Shown here: positions 48,705-61,991 of the stretch, piece after piece | How positions within the stretch are numbered: the first letter of the stretch is position 1 | How the letters are laid out: each line of letters begins with the position of its first letter | Assembly: GCA_965153355.1 (NCBI GenBank) | Contig: OZ231126.1 | Location: 40,300,001-40,364,000 of the forward strand | Origin: Flaccisagitta enflata | Taxonomy: Eukaryota | Reading direction: 5' to 3' | Length of the DNA stretch: 64,000 nucleotides | Made by a program: the position numbers and the translations under genes | The notes under the pieces: generated by a model | The model's database searches: none | What the model was told of the DNA's origin: nothing | Seen by the model: the letters and a program-made list of their open reading frames with translations, nothing else

Positions 48705-51131
48705 ATGGCCTCGCTGCAAGTAAAAGATAAATATTGCCTTTATGGTACAAAGTATTACGATCGTTGTCGATGCAATACTTGCGTCCATATGAACTACGAA
48801 CAACAATGCATGGACGAAGGCATTCCAGCAGATGCATGTCCTTGTTTGATGTGCAAATTTGTCGCGCAACATGACATGACTTTGGAACACGGCGGTCTTC
48901 GTAGACGTTCAACAAATCATCATCTAGCTTGCGATTGTCATTGTTGCGGCGTCAAGAGTTTTGGCACTTTCCAGTCTTTCAACCCTGGAGAGTGCGAATG
49001 TCCGAAATGCTTGTTCAAGATGTATGGCGCCGATGGCGCTAATGGTGGATCTCCGGCGCCGAAAGACGACGTCAAAACTGAATCAGCGGCGTCATCGCCG
49101 ATAGATGGCGCCAAAACTGGATCCGCGTCGGCTCCCATGGAAAGTGACGAAAGTGAATCAGCGCCGCCGCCGCCGCCGCCGGAACCGTTGGAAAGCAACG
49201 GAAGTGAATCAGCGCCGCCGCCAGCGCCGATAGAAGCCGCGCTAGCCGAAACGACGCCGGTAAAGAAAAAGACGCCGCCCCAACCAGTTTACGTTAATGG
49301 GGAAGCCAGAGACCCTTTCAATCCATCAGTAAAATACGATTTTCAGTGGCCGTACGGCTTAGATCCGGAGTTCCACGACGATTTGGCCAACAGCGACCCC
49401 ACACACCGCCGCTGGTGCGGTGTGTGTCGACAACGCTTTGATTTGGCAAAACCGGATGTTCATCCTCCACCGGAAGTCGTCCCTATGCTTCGCGCGCCGG
49501 CGCCGGGAGAATTCCACTTTAAACTTCCGCCACCCGAACCGGTTCTCATGCAGGGTGAATTACGAGATCCCTATTTTCCACATTTATTTCCTTTCGATGA
49601 GAGTTTCGTATGGTCACACTCACCGGACTGGCACAGAGAGTTAACGAGACGCGATAGCAACCACCCTCAATCTTGCTATCATTGCTTAACTGTTAATGCA
49701 CCGTCACCTGGAAAACTGCCTGTACGTGCTGGCATCTTCGACGAACAACCTCATGAATATCACTCGGTTCAAGATTCTAAGTGGCCTCAGATTGTATATT
49801 TCAAATGCGCGCTACACTCTACCTGCGATGGGTATAGCATCAACAACAGCGACAACCGACATCTCAAAATGAATAAAGAAACGCAAAAATGTTTAACGGA
49901 TTTGCCAGTGGAAATCGTCCATCTTGTCAACAAAAGAAGAAAGGACATTAAAGTGGGCCCTGGACATGTCGACGAAGATCTGGATCTCACTGAAGAAAAT
50001 CACTCGCGTTACTGTTTTCAATATTGCAGTTGTACTCTCTGTGGTGCGTACAAGATTAACCTGATAAAAGAAGAGATGGCGGAAGGACGGAAGTCGCTGG
50101 AGCAAAATTTCCAGAGCGCCGTCACCATTGATCCACCAACACCGTCGTTGCATGAACGTCTCCTAAACCGCGTCACCGCCGATCCAACTCATGGTTTCCA
50201 CGTTGTTCGTGATAATGTCAACCCCTTCTTGCTTCATTGGAGGCAGGGACCTAGATGTGGAGTTTGCAAGGCTTGCCAAGCATTTTCTTTCCTGGAAACA
50301 ATCGAGTGTAATCGGGTTTATACTCTCCGCGATAACGCCAAATACAACAAAAACCGAACCAAGTTTCATAAACTTGAAGTGGTAAAATCTCAAGCCAATG
50401 CGGACGTTACCTTTCTACTCTGTCTTCGTCCCGGATGTACGTGCATAGACGCTCCTTCTCCGCAGCTGTTGTCGCAATTGGTTCTCGAGGAAAAAAAGTC
50501 TAAGCTCGAAGATGATGATAATAATGATGATGATACTGATTCTGATATCAGCTGCGATGGGGATTCAAAATGTGACTGCGAAAATTGCGTCAAGGCGGAT
50601 GCCGTTCTATTTGCCGCCGCCGACAAAGCCGCCGCCGCCGAAGCCGCCGACAAGGCCGCTGCCGCTGCCACCGCTTCCACTTCCGCAGCTGCGGCAGTAT
50701 CGAACGAAATCGGCGTCGTCGTTGATGGGCTGGCTGATGCGATTGCCAGCAAGGATTTGATCAACGACCTTGAAATTCCCATGGAATCGGAAGTTGTTGT
50801 GGAATCGTGTGTTGAAGATCAGCGGCGTTGCGTAGCCTGCAACGGGTCCGCCACTCCTGATGACTCCTGGTGTCCTTGGTGCGTGGCTTCTCCCGGCGTC
50901 GAGGGTTACGGGGATCTCAACGAAATGGCGACCAATGAAGAAGCGAAGACGAAGGACGAAGGATTCGAAGAAGCGATGGATGAAGGGCCGATTGTGGGCA
51001 GAGACGTCTTTATGGGCGCGGAAGCTGCCAGTTTAAATGAGCTTGACTTGACCGATGAGAGCCGCGTGGAAAAACTGCAAGAGAAAAACGACGGCGATGA
51101 TGATGATTTGTATTCTGATCTTCTTTTTTAA
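48705..51131 (+). CDS. Cys/His-rich hypothetical protein, ~808 aa from the ATG at 48705
   Basis: Long complex ORF with six CxCxxC motifs, an internal ~50-aa repeat and an acidic C-terminus. The 48516 start in the ORF track is less likely. Confidence 0.85.
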   Translation: MASLQVKDKYCLYGTKYYDRCRCNTCVHMNYEQQCMDEGIPADACPCLMCKFVAQHDMTLEHGGLRRRSTNHHLACDCHCCGVKSFGTFQSFNPGECECPKCLFKMYGADGANGGSPAPKDDVKTESAASSPIDGAKTGSASAPMESDESESAPPPPPPEPLESNGSESAPPPAPIEAALAETTPVKKKTPPQPVYVNGEARDPFNPSVKYDFQWPYGLDPEFHDDLANSDPTHRRWCGVCRQRFDLAKPDVHPPPEVVPMLRAPAPGEFHFKLPPPEPVLMQGELRDPYFPHLFPFDESFVWSHSPDWHRELTRRDSNHPQSCYHCLTVNAPSPGKLPVRAGIFDEQPHEYHSVQDSKWPQIVYFKCALHSTCDGYSINNSDNRHLKMNKETQKCLTDLPVEIVHLVNKRRKDIKVGPGHVDEDLDLTEENHSRYCFQYCSCTLCGAYKINLIKEEMAEGRKSLEQNFQSAVTIDPPTPSLHERLLNRVTADPTHGFHVVRDNVNPFLLHWRQGPRCGVCKACQAFSFLETIECNRVYTLRDNAKYNKNRTKFHKLEVVKSQANADVTFLLCLRPGCTCIDAPSPQLLSQLVLEEKKSKLEDDDNNDDDTDSDISCDGDSKCDCENCVKADAVLFAAADKAAAAEAADKAAAAATASTSAAAAVSNEIGVVVDGLADAIASKDLINDLEIPMESEVVVESCVEDQRRCVACNGSATPDDSWCPWCVASPGVEGYGDLNEMATNEEAKTKDEGFEEAMDEGPIVGRDVFMGAEAASLNELDLTDESRVEKLQEKNDGDDDDLYSDLLF

Positions 51132-51269
51132 AATTTTTGTTTTGATTCTTTCTGTGTACATATGTAAATATTAAATTGACGATATTGATTGCTCAATGAT
51201 ATATGGTCCTGATTATTTTTGTTTTACTAACAGGTTTGTTTACTCGATGAAGAATTTGAAAAGTTTAAG

Positions 51270-52079
51270 ATGACTGTTATTAGTAAACTGAAAGCTAAAT
51301 GTGGGTGTGTTTTGATTCCTGCCTGTCAAGTCCATAAGCTGACTTACAAACAGATTGTTGATGCGCAAAATGCGTGTCCTATTCATGCAAAGGGTAAAGG
51401 AGGAGGTGGTGGTGGTGGTGGTTATCAGCACGTTCACCCTCCAGGCCAGCATCAACAACATCAACATCAACAACAGCAACCGTCATTGGATGTACCTGTC
51501 GCTTCCACTTCTTCAGCATCCGATGCCCCTGTCAACGCAGTCGCCGTTGTTCCCCCCACCGCCGCTGTTAGCGCCACCAACACCCCCAGCACCTTTGCTG
51601 GCGTCCTCGCTGCCGCCGCAGCCGCCGAGGCCGCCGCCTCTAACAACGTGGTGGCCGCGGATACCGTCGCCGTTCTAACTGCCGCCGCCGAAGCCTACAC
51701 CGCCGCCGAAGCCGCCGCTGCCGCCGAAGCCGCCGCCGCCGCCGAAGCCATTGCGGTTAACGCCAGTGATAATCTGTCCCTGATAGTCACTCCTACCGCC
51801 GGCGTTGAGGACGATTTGGCGTCGAGAACTGACTTGCCGCAGCTGGGGAATATTAGCCACCTGTTGGGTGATGATGAAAATGATTTTCAAATCATCCATT
51901 TGATGACGCCCGTTCGTAACTCAGACGATGATGCGACAAATCAAACTGAAATTTCTGCGCTCATGTCACCGGCCACATTTCAACACCTTAATCAATCATT
52001 ACGCTCACCACCTAACAGCGACGATGATGATCAAGACAACAGCAACAACAACAACAACAGCAACAACAACAACAAAAGC

Positions 52080-52159
<80 letters not shown>

Positions 52160-55055
52160 CCCTGCCTCACCTTGGTGGCCCAGCGAGCTTTCTTCTTCCT
52201 CTGAAGAATCTGAAAGCCATTTCAATCGAGTTCGCGCGCCGCCGCCGACTCCTTTCCGAGACAAAAGCGTACTTGACGAAGACGTCGACGACGAAGAACC
52301 CGGTGAAGACATCGACCTTCTCGCCCAAGCAGTTCGTGACGCCGAATGTTGTCTGACCCCGACGGAAGATGTTGACGACGCTGATGGTTCATCGACCAAG
52401 GATTTGAACGGGTTGAAGGCGATCTCAGCGTATGAAAGCTCCGCATCGGACAATAATGATGATGATGATGACGACGACGACGACGACGACGACGTTGTGG
52501 AGAAGGAGTCAACTGCGAGCATGTTGGAGAACATACTTCTCAATCCTTTAAGTAAGTTCAATCCCTGAGTTTACAAATTAATCTTTCCTGTAATAAGAAA
52601 AGAGACAGAGACATAGACATAGACAATGACGATGACGACGAGGACAACTGTCAACAACGCCGACGACGATAACAATAATAACGTAACGTAACATGAGTAA
52701 TATATGACTTCGACTGACGGACTAATAAACTTGAGATGTCAATGACGCAACGACGATGACAACAGCAACAACAACAGTCTCAACCGGCCATGTCGACCAT
52801 CTCGTGCTGGTCGTCGTCGGTCTCGGCGACGGCCATGCGTGCGACTCGGCGGCGGGCGCGTCGCCATTTCCTGTAGAGGTAGATGGCGCTGGCCGCCATC
52901 GCGACCAACGCCAAACCGAGGCAGATGATGCCCAACTCGACATCGGATAATTGATCAACGACGCTGTGGATAGAATATTGCATTTGGTATTGCATCTTTT
53001 CTCATAATAAGTACAGCATCTTTTCTCATAATAAGTTGCATCTTTTCTCATAATAAGTTGCATCTTTTCTCATAATAATCACCTCGGATCTCCTTCGAAT
53101 GGTGCAGTGGTCGCGTTGGTGAAGGGTGTGGTGGTGGTGGTGGTGGTGATAGTGTGAGGAGGAGGAGGAGGAGAAGAGGAAGTGAGGATGTCGATGGGGC
53201 CGTAAGGATGAGGAGTGGTGGTGGTGGTAGTTGGAGTGACGATGGTGGTGGTAGTTGTGGTGATGTTGGATGTTGGTGTTGGTGGGGGTGGTGGTGTGGT
53301 GAGGAAGGCGCAAGCCTTGTTCGCCGCGGCCCGAGTAAAGTCATAGTCGTTGATTTTGCGCCAAACGCACTTAGCCCATTTCTGGGCTTGACGGCGTCTG
53401 TCGGCGGCGGCGGCAGCCATCTTCTTTTTTTTTTGAAAGTTTAAAGAAAGATACTTTTTCACTGCTAAGAAAAGAAAGTTTTTTAAAATAAAGATATTTT
53501 ATCATTGCATTTCACAGGTGATGGTCAAGAAACAACGAAGGATGAAGAACAGCGTCAACAACAACAACAACAAGAGCAGCCGCAGCAATCTTCGCTTCCT
53601 CCCGACGCTCCGGCTGAAATATCTCTATCAATCCCGACTCAGGCCACAGTGTCTCCACAACCTGAGAATCCACCTAACCAATCATCAACGAGGCGTAAGA
53701 CGCGTGGGAAAAATATGAAGTCTCTCTGGCATCAACATCAAACTCTGGATTCTACACCAGCTAGGCGAGTGGATCAACCTAATTTTGCTCCAGCCACTGA
53801 GCAACGCGCCGAAAAATCAGCCACCTGGAATCCTTCAAGAGACTGCACCGATTCTCCTGGACGTTACACATTCCCTATTTACAAGAAGAAGATCGCTTCG
53901 CCTCGAGTGCAACTCGCTCCTCAACTTCCTTCGCCACCAGCATCACCGGATAACGAGGTGGTGGCTAACAATCCGACTTACATCCCCGACACATCCAGCA
54001 TCAGCTCCAATTCCAACCAATCGTCGCCGAGAAGTTTCACCGAAAGTAATCCTCCGGGCTCTCCGGAAGGTCCACCTCCTCCTCAAGAAGATCCACTTCT
54101 TTTTCCTCCTCCTTCCAAGCGTCGACGCGATTCCGCGGAGGGGAATCCAGAGGAGGCGCCGCGGCAATCTTCGATGAAGAATCTTGAAATGACGGTTAAC
54201 AATGCGGGGGGGAGGGAATTTTTTAAGCGATGTATGTTTTCGAATGTAGAAAAACAAGCGAATGGAAAGAGTCGAGTGTCCAGATGTCCAAAGAGTTTCC
54301 ACCGCGCTGATGATTACGAGGCGCATTTGGTAACAACGCATTTTCAAGCGGCTCCCAAGGAATTCACTCGGATCAATTTGTTAGATTACCCATCGATGTG
54401 TGAGTTTTGTGATCACATGTTTTTGGACCCAACTGAGCGTTTCCATCATTTCGCCCAAAGTCATTATGAGTTAGCCGTGCATTTCTGTGTCCACGAGGAT
54501 TGTCGGCGAGCGTTTGTGTCTCTCAAACCCAACACCAAAGGCTACAGGGTACATTCAAAACAGTGGCACCCGGGAAAATCAGATTTCTATCAGAAAATTT
54601 ATAAGCCCTATACCACGTTGTTGGCTACGTTGAGAAGTGTTCCATCGCCCAATTCCTTTTCGATCCAGCGGTATCTCAGTGCACCTGGGTTTGAAGCAAA
54701 GGGAAAGGATATGCTCGAACGACTGTTTTTGTTGAATCCTTCCACGATGAATGATGACCGCCCTGCGAACACGCAGCAGATCGTTGACCAGTCGGCGTCG
54801 ATGCCGTTACAGCGAGGATGGTGTGATGAAGTTCCTTCAAGTTCCGGGCTTCCGCTTCAAGAGTCTTGCCCACCCGGTGCGGCGGAAGCAAAACGAGGAG
54901 GTGCGAGGCCCATCGCCGTGGGCATTCCGTCTGTGAAGGGGAAAGCGAGAAAGAGAACGCGACAAGAGATTAACGAGGCTGAGGAAGAGCGCCGTTGGAG
55001 AAGAGAGAGGGACCGTTGGGAGTACGCAGATTTGGAAAACCCCCCTCGCTCGTAG
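51270..55055 (+). CDS. Predicted spliced C2H2-type zinc-finger protein, ~939 aa; join(51270..52551,53518..55055)
   Basis: A|GTAAGT donor (52552) and TTTCACAG acceptor (53517) are both phase 1. Exon 2 has CPKSF..HLVTTH, CEFC..HFAQSH and CVHEDC..HSKQWH. A further in-frame acceptor TACTAACAG at 51233 suggests an upstream exon. Confidence 0.65.
52780..53420 (-). CDS. Predicted spliced mucin-like membrane protein C, ~173 aa; complement(join(53420..53083,52963..52780))
   Basis: AG|GTGATT donor and TCCACAG acceptor, both phase 2, join a Thr/Pro stalk to TM LGIICLGLALVAMAASAIYLY + RKWRR. Confidence 0.65.
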
Positions 55056-55085
55056 CGCAAGTCACGCACTGAAAGCTGTGATGCT

Positions 55086-55464
55086 GTGATTCGAAATCGG
55101 CGGTTAATTCCATCTGAGTCTTCTAACAATAACAGTAAAAAACGAAAACAATCACTTTCCCTTAAATCTTTAGAACCCCCAAGTAAAAAATGTAAAATTG
55201 ATAAAATTAAAAAAAATAGAAAAAGAAAAAGAGAATCAAGGGCTAAAACTTGGGCGGAAATCAGAGAATCAAGGGCTAAAACTTGGGCGGAAATCAATTT
55301 TGAAGATCAAAAGAAAACAGTCAAATGTCCCAAATGTTTTGAAAAAATGATTATGTCACGTTTGTGCCATCACTTGCAAATGGCCTGTCCTAGAAATAAG
55401 AGGGGTCAACAATTCATGGCTGGGGGAAATAAAAGTACCGATGATCGTGATAATGATGACAATG

Positions 55465-55499
<35 letters not shown>

Positions 55500-55534
55500 A
55501 ACAACAATGACATTATTATTCCAAACCATAAAAC

Positions 55535-55627
<93 letters not shown>

Positions 55628-55629
55628 GG

Positions 55630-55695
<66 letters not shown>

Positions 55696-55719
55696 ACAAC
55701 AACAATAACAACAACAACG

Positions 55720-55804
<85 letters not shown>

Positions 55805-56162
55805 CGATGACAACAACAATGACAACAACAACGATGACAACAACAACAACGATGACAACAACAATGACGACATTCACATTCATGTAAAAAGACGACAGTC
55901 ATTTCGTGGCTTGTTAGAGACTTTTACATTGACCAATCCGCAAATCTCCAGAGATTTCCATCATTATTGGGGTAGAATACGAAGAGAATTAAAAATCATT
56001 ATTGAACGAGAATTAAGGAAACATCCAGGCTTAAAATGTCAAATAGGTTTGAGTGTTGTCTTTAGGAAATTAACAGACGCCTTTATTCCCACGTTCGATA
56101 ATGATGGGAATCCGTTGCTTTTCCAATATACCTTTGCGCGTGTGTTAACAAGATGTTTTTGA
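55086..56162 (+). pseudogene. Truncated ORF resembling the N-terminal region of Polinton/Maverick pPolB proteins, with a C2HC finger and poly-Asn
   Basis: CPKC..HLQMAC; after the (AAC)n tract, SFRGLLETFTLTN..DF..I..ELKIIIERELRKHPGLKCQIGLSVVFRK, recalled as similar to the segment preceding Polinton polymerase domains. Same frame as ORF 53505..55055. No exonuclease or polymerase motifs follow. Confidence 0.45.
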
Positions 56163-56446
56163 ATTTGATGGTCATTCCTAATGACAAGAGGGAAATGTTT
56201 TTAAGCAAAACCACTGAAGCCTAACCGGGCAAATTATTGAAACAGCAAAAACCACTTTTGCATCAACATGAACAACAACAACAACAACAACAACAACAAA
56301 TGACAACGACGAAATGCTAACTGCAACAAAGAAAAGACAACAGCATTATCAAACATCACTGTATAAACAACAACAATAACAAAAACAACAATCAAAGCCA
56401 TAGAAATAGGTGACAAAGCAAATGACGATGACTTTTCGTCTTTAAT

Positions 56447-56505
<59 letters not shown>

Positions 56506-56829
56506 CTAGACGCACACAAAATGCGCACAATAATTCGTTCCGACAAACCCTTCTAACGAGGTAGAAATGAGAAAACATGTTCACAAAACACAAGCAAAAA
56601 GCTCAAAAAGAAATAAAAAGAAATAAAAGAAGCATGAATTGAAAGTAGAATTGAAATTAAATTTGCTGTTCATTTAGTTGGCGCCCGTCGAATTCGTTTG
56701 GTACGCCGGGAAACTTCCAATGTTCGTCTCATAATTCCACTTTCTCTCTGTGTCTCTTAGTCTATCTCAGTGCATACATATCTATAACAATCTTCGTTTC
56801 TGTTTCTTTTTCGGCAGCCCATATGGATA

Positions 56830-56976
56830 ACAAGGCCGGATACACGGCAATCTAGTCGCGGACGGTTGGGCAGGAGAAATAATGCGAAAACCGCTCGGAA
56901 TTCAAAAATATTACCGACGGACCGTCCTACTGATCGACCGACACGGCAAGGTGTAGAGTCGCGTGTCCGCGACTAA
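56830..56976 (-). mobile_element. HINE family A copy
   Basis: Close match to 2564-2714 including both termini. Confidence 0.85.
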
Positions 56977-57368
56977 CAAGTAACGCGGGGTCACAATATC
57001 GTTGCGGACGGGTGGGCAGGGGCACCAACCCCCATCCACACCCCAACCCACCCCCAGCACTCAAACATATACAAAAAGAATTTAAACGCTCGTTTTCCCA
57101 CTTTTCTTCCATATTTTCTTCTAGATATTTGGTTTATTTGTGATTGTGCATTGCCTAATCACATGTCCGAGTTGCTTATCCAAAGTTGATACGTACCCAC
57201 TCCCCAACACATACTCTTGTGAAAATGCGACGACTCAACTGAAAAAAAAAATCCCCATTCAATATAAAGTTAATTTTGTGACGATTCTTCAACAAAATTA
57301 ACTCAACCATGTCCTTATTGATTGAAAACAAAGAATTATCGCTCAGTCTCTTTCTCTTTGACTGTCTG

Positions 57369-57407
<39 letters not shown>

Positions 57408-57566
57408 ACTCACAACTCACCAGTTGGAGGTAGAGCGTAGGGGATGCCGAGGTAAGCGTGTACGTTTGCGGGATAAGCGTCAGCAGAATGGATCGTCAAC
57501 ACGCGTCCACGGACTAAACCGGAAGTGGTGTTGACAACAGGGTATGGGTCTTCGTACAGGCGCAAC

Positions 57567-57659
<93 letters not shown>

Positions 57660-57933
57660 ATCGATTTGAAATGCTTATGGGTCACCCGTTGGTAAGGTGA
57701 TTAGTTCAAAACAGATTGGTAACTAACTCGATGTCTTTTTGTTACCAATTTGAACAGGTGATGAGCTGGTGATGTCATGGATTTTAAATCGACTCTATCT
57801 GTTGTACTTCTTAATACTAGTGGAATATCCAATAGTGATGTTGTGGGTTTTAAACAGACTCATTAATCTATGACCGACAATTCTATTGGGTCATGGGTTT
57901 TAAACTGAGTGGACATCTTGTACGTACCGCTTC

Positions 57934-58751
57934 CTGAGGCGGATCAACAGTGCGCGGGGCCCTAGGCTTTGCTAGGGCGCGGGGCCCCCCTCCCTCTTAT
58001 CTGCCCCCCCCCCCAGTCTGAGGCAGATTATCAAAGTGCGGTACCCTTGGCTTGACTTGAAGGCGGGCCCCCTATCTCTTTTTTTTAGATCCTCCTGCCG
58101 TATTATCTATCATTTTTCCTATTTTACATTTGTACATTATTTAATTTGTACATTATTAAATGTTTCTGTTTATTGATATCAAATTTTTAACTGATTAACT
58201 ATCAAGCATAAAACAAAATACAACATCTAATCTTAATTGAACTGAAGAGAATAATTTAAAAAGAAATTTTCTTGCCTTAAAAATCTAAAAATTGTTTTAA
58301 AAAGTCAATCATACCATTCATGCTATTCCTATTCTCGCTTAATGTATAGTTTTCATTCATTTAAAGTGCAATATAATTGTTATTTATCTTTTTTATGTCT
58401 GTTTTGAATGATACCTCTACAATTTTTTACCATCATTGAGCACCGCTCATGCAGATCACAATCTTTAAAGATCTTTATTCTGTTTTTTTTTTTTTCAATT
58501 TTCTTTTTTTTTCTTCTTCTTTTCCTTTATGCTATACTTTGCTTCTTTATTTCTTTCTTTTGTTTCTTTCTTGTTTTTTTTTTCCTCTTTTCTTTTTTCT
58601 TTCTCTTTTCTCTTTTCTCTTTTTTTTATTTTCTTTTTTTTCTCTTTTTTTTCTCTTTTTTTTTATAAGGGGGGACTGCAGGCGCGGGGCCCCCCTGAGG
58701 CGCGGGGCCCTAGGCTTAAGCCTTTCAAGCCTATTGGGTGATCCGCCTCAG
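57934..58751. mobile_element. hAT-type MITE
   Basis: 13-bp TIR CTGAGGCGGATCA / TGATCCGCCTCAG; 8-bp TSD ACCGCTTC at 57926-57933 and 58752-58759; subterminal GCGCGGGGCCC repeats. Confidence 0.9.
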
Positions 58752-60503
58752 ACCGCTTCAATTGGTGATGTGTTGGAATTTAGATTGTCCCTATGACTTG
58801 TACCTATTGATTCTGATGGGTCATCCATTGATGATCTCATGGGTTTTAAACTGGCTATATATCTTATCCTCACCCAGCGGGGTATGGCGGAAAAATGGTG
58901 AGTCTGTCAGGTTTTTATCAGTGTCTAACGAAACGTGTGTGGTAACAATGATCTGTCAATGTTTCATTAAAACAATGATTTTTTTGCAAAAAGTGTGACT
59001 TTTCTCAGGATTGACTACAATTGTGATTAATTCTTTTGAGCTAATTGAAAAAAAAAATTTGTATTCTTCCTAGATAGATTTTTCATTTCATTTCATTTTT
59101 TCTTATTTTTTTCTTATTGCATTTGTGTCCAACAGCAAGTCTTGTGACATGAGGGACGTCAGTGGACGTCCCTCCCAATACGTCACTGTCCTTACCGATT
59201 CAAGAGGGTCATCCGTTGGAGATGTCATGGGTTCGAAACTGACTTGAGCCCGTGCCCATGGCCAAATGTGAATGAGAAGGAAGAAAATGAGACTCATTGT
59301 AGATCGCAAAGATGAGACGAACCTGAAATAGATGTTAGGTTAGGTTAGGTTAGGTTCAGTAATATCAATCTTCCAGGTCCTGCCCTCAAAGTCAAATACT
59401 AGTGTGATGCGGAATGGTATGATCATATTTACTATAGTAAAACCCCGCAATACTGAATATTAGGAAGCCAACAATTCTTATCCATTATAGGTGGATCTTT
59501 TATTTCATAGAAATAAAAAGATATTGATCTAAGGGGCCAAAAAATTTTTTTCATCCATATTGGGTAAGTTTTCGTTCCTCTTGGATCTGTAATGGCAGGG
59601 TGTAACCGTACAAACATTTTTTACTGTTTGACCATCTTATGCTAGAGCAAGTCAGACGATAAATAAACCAGCCTTTACATAGATGCTTGGACGCTTTCAA
59701 AACTGATCTTCAAAATTGGGAGTTAAACTAGTTATTAATGAATATATGCAGAAAGATGAAATTTCAAATAAAGGAGGAATTTTGGGGGAAACAAAAGCGA
59801 AATTAAAACTGCATTGTAAAAAAGAATCATCAAAGGCCAAAGACAAATTGGAAGAAGTTGTTACAAACGGCAACAATGAAATATTCTCCCAACTCCGGAC
59901 TCGAAAATGGCAATAATGGTATTCGTTGTGTCAGCACAAAAACCGACCCATTCAAAATTTCCAAACTTTTTCTCTCTTCAGGGAGAAAAAAAAGTGAAAA
60001 CCAAGAAGAAAATTTCATAAAGCCGGAGGAACTCTGTCACCAGGAAGAGGAAAGAGGTGGAGGAGGGGAGGAGGGGAAGGAGGAGGAGGATGAGGAAGAG
60101 AAAAGGGATAGAGGATGAGGATGAGGAAGATGCAAAGGAACAGAAGGAGAATCTAGAATGAGGAAAGGAAGAAGGAGGAAAGGGGGGGGGGGTTGGAAGG
60201 TTAAGAAAAAAGAATTCTCTACCAGAAACTTGTCACAAACTGGAAAGGAACAGATTGAATTATTAAGTCACGATGCAATTGGAAGAGTATGCATCAAGGA
60301 ATAGTTTGGTATATATTCAGGGCCTGAATTTCGGCAATGCCTGACACGTAAGGACTTCAGAAATGTCACTGCGAGAATCCAGCAATAGTATGGCATGGCA
60401 GTTAATCGGACACAAATTGTGACAAATATTCAGTAAAGAAGCGCACGAATTGTTCAATGTTCAAAATCTATCAATGCGCTGCTTCACTAACATCGATCAG
60501 GTA

Positions 60504-61116
60504 CTATCTTCGCCAAAAGAAACGCGACACCCTGGGAATGATATGATTTATTGACCATACTCTGACAAAATTTGACAACTGAAAGGGTTTGTAAGTCAAG
60601 TAAGTTTTTTTCCATGAGAAACAAACCAGGCTGTGTATCTGAAATGCAATTTTTATCACACGTTTTCCTTCACAGATGTGATAATCTTTTCTCAGTAGTC
60701 CACAGTTTTCGCAAGCCTATGATTTTTAAAACATGTCTACTCTTTTGCTTGCCATTTCCAAACGGTTTGAGCTACAGGATCCAGATTGCGCTCATCTTTT
60801 AGATTTTTTGATGTAGATCAATTTGCTTTTTTGGAAAAAGTCTCTAGCTTTTCCAGAAGCTGAGATAACCAAAGTTAAACTTACATGAAATTTTTTCTAT
60901 TCTTTTATTCGCAATTCTTTATCAATTCTGAAAATTACTATTTCCTTTCCTCTGCTTGCCATTTCTAAATGCTTTAAGATACAGTTACCAGATTAGACTC
61001 ATTTTGTAGATCTTTTGGAGTAGATTAATATGTTTTTTTTTTTTTAAAGTCTCTAGCTTGTCTAGAAGCCAAGATATTCTAGGTAAACAGTGTCGCGTTT
61101 CTTTTGGCGAAGATAG
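60504..61116. mobile_element. Tc1/mariner-type MITE
   Basis: Perfect 27-bp TIR CTATCTTCGCCAAAAGAAACGCGACAC, flanked by TA. Confidence 0.88.
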
Positions 61117-61991
61117 TACATGATAATTCTGCATGCGAGTTGCGTGATAAATCTCGTTTGAATAAACCAATTCAAAACCGAGATTGGTCGCGAGAAGTTT
61201 CGCAGGGTCAGCTTAGTTTAGAAAACGGCGTTCATTTAATGATTGTCCCAACGGAAAAAAGACTTAAAACTTACTGATTGGAGGAGCTAGATACTTGCCG
61301 TCAAACAGATGCACCTTGCTTATTCGGCCGCTTGAATAAAAACAAGGCCGGATTTGCGGCCAATGAGTACTTTTTTAATCAATCGCTTGCATATCTAGTT
61401 AATCTACGAACACACCCTCTTGTAGTGTCATGTCACTAAGCAAGCGAAAAAAACGTTCGAAACAACTCAGACAGTTGAACCAACTTCCAAGCGAAAAACA
61501 AATCGTAATTTTGAGCCGTTTTATTACTTAATTACTACTTGTTGCGAGAAAAAAAAAACGCCCGAAACTGGAAGACATGCAAAATGATTGACATTATCAT
61601 TTATTTGGTAGTGGCTTTATGATCAGACGCCAAATTGGGGAGTAAAGAGAGCCGAAAGAGTATGTCCCCGATATTGTTGACTTGAAACGTAATTTCACAG
61701 TTTGTACAGCCTCTCCACATGTTCAGGGAATAACTATGGGCAAAAAAGAAAAAAAAACGCACATAGCATCTTTTGATGCCTTTGATCGGCTTGATTTTAA
61801 TAAAAACACAAAAAATCAGTGACTGTTTGAAAGATATTCAAAAGTTCTTAAAATCTAGACCAAGTAGAAAGTTGTCGCTCAATTTGTTTAAAAATGGCAA
61901 CAATTTGAAGTGAGCATCATATTAATCTGTCAATTGAAGGGATTCTGTAGTTTTAGTTTTGTCTTTAAAATCAGAAAGACATATTTGATAA

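Noticed and set aside
57407-57560. Host gene promoter or first exon (CCGGAAGT motif, GAG|GTAAGC donor)
   Set aside because: Short motifs only; no downstream exons could be supported.
59335-59356. (TTAGG)4 arthropod-type telomere motif
   Set aside because: Too short to indicate a telomere or the taxon.
59716-60118. Short ORFs as host exons
   Set aside because: No recognisable motifs or convincing splice structure.
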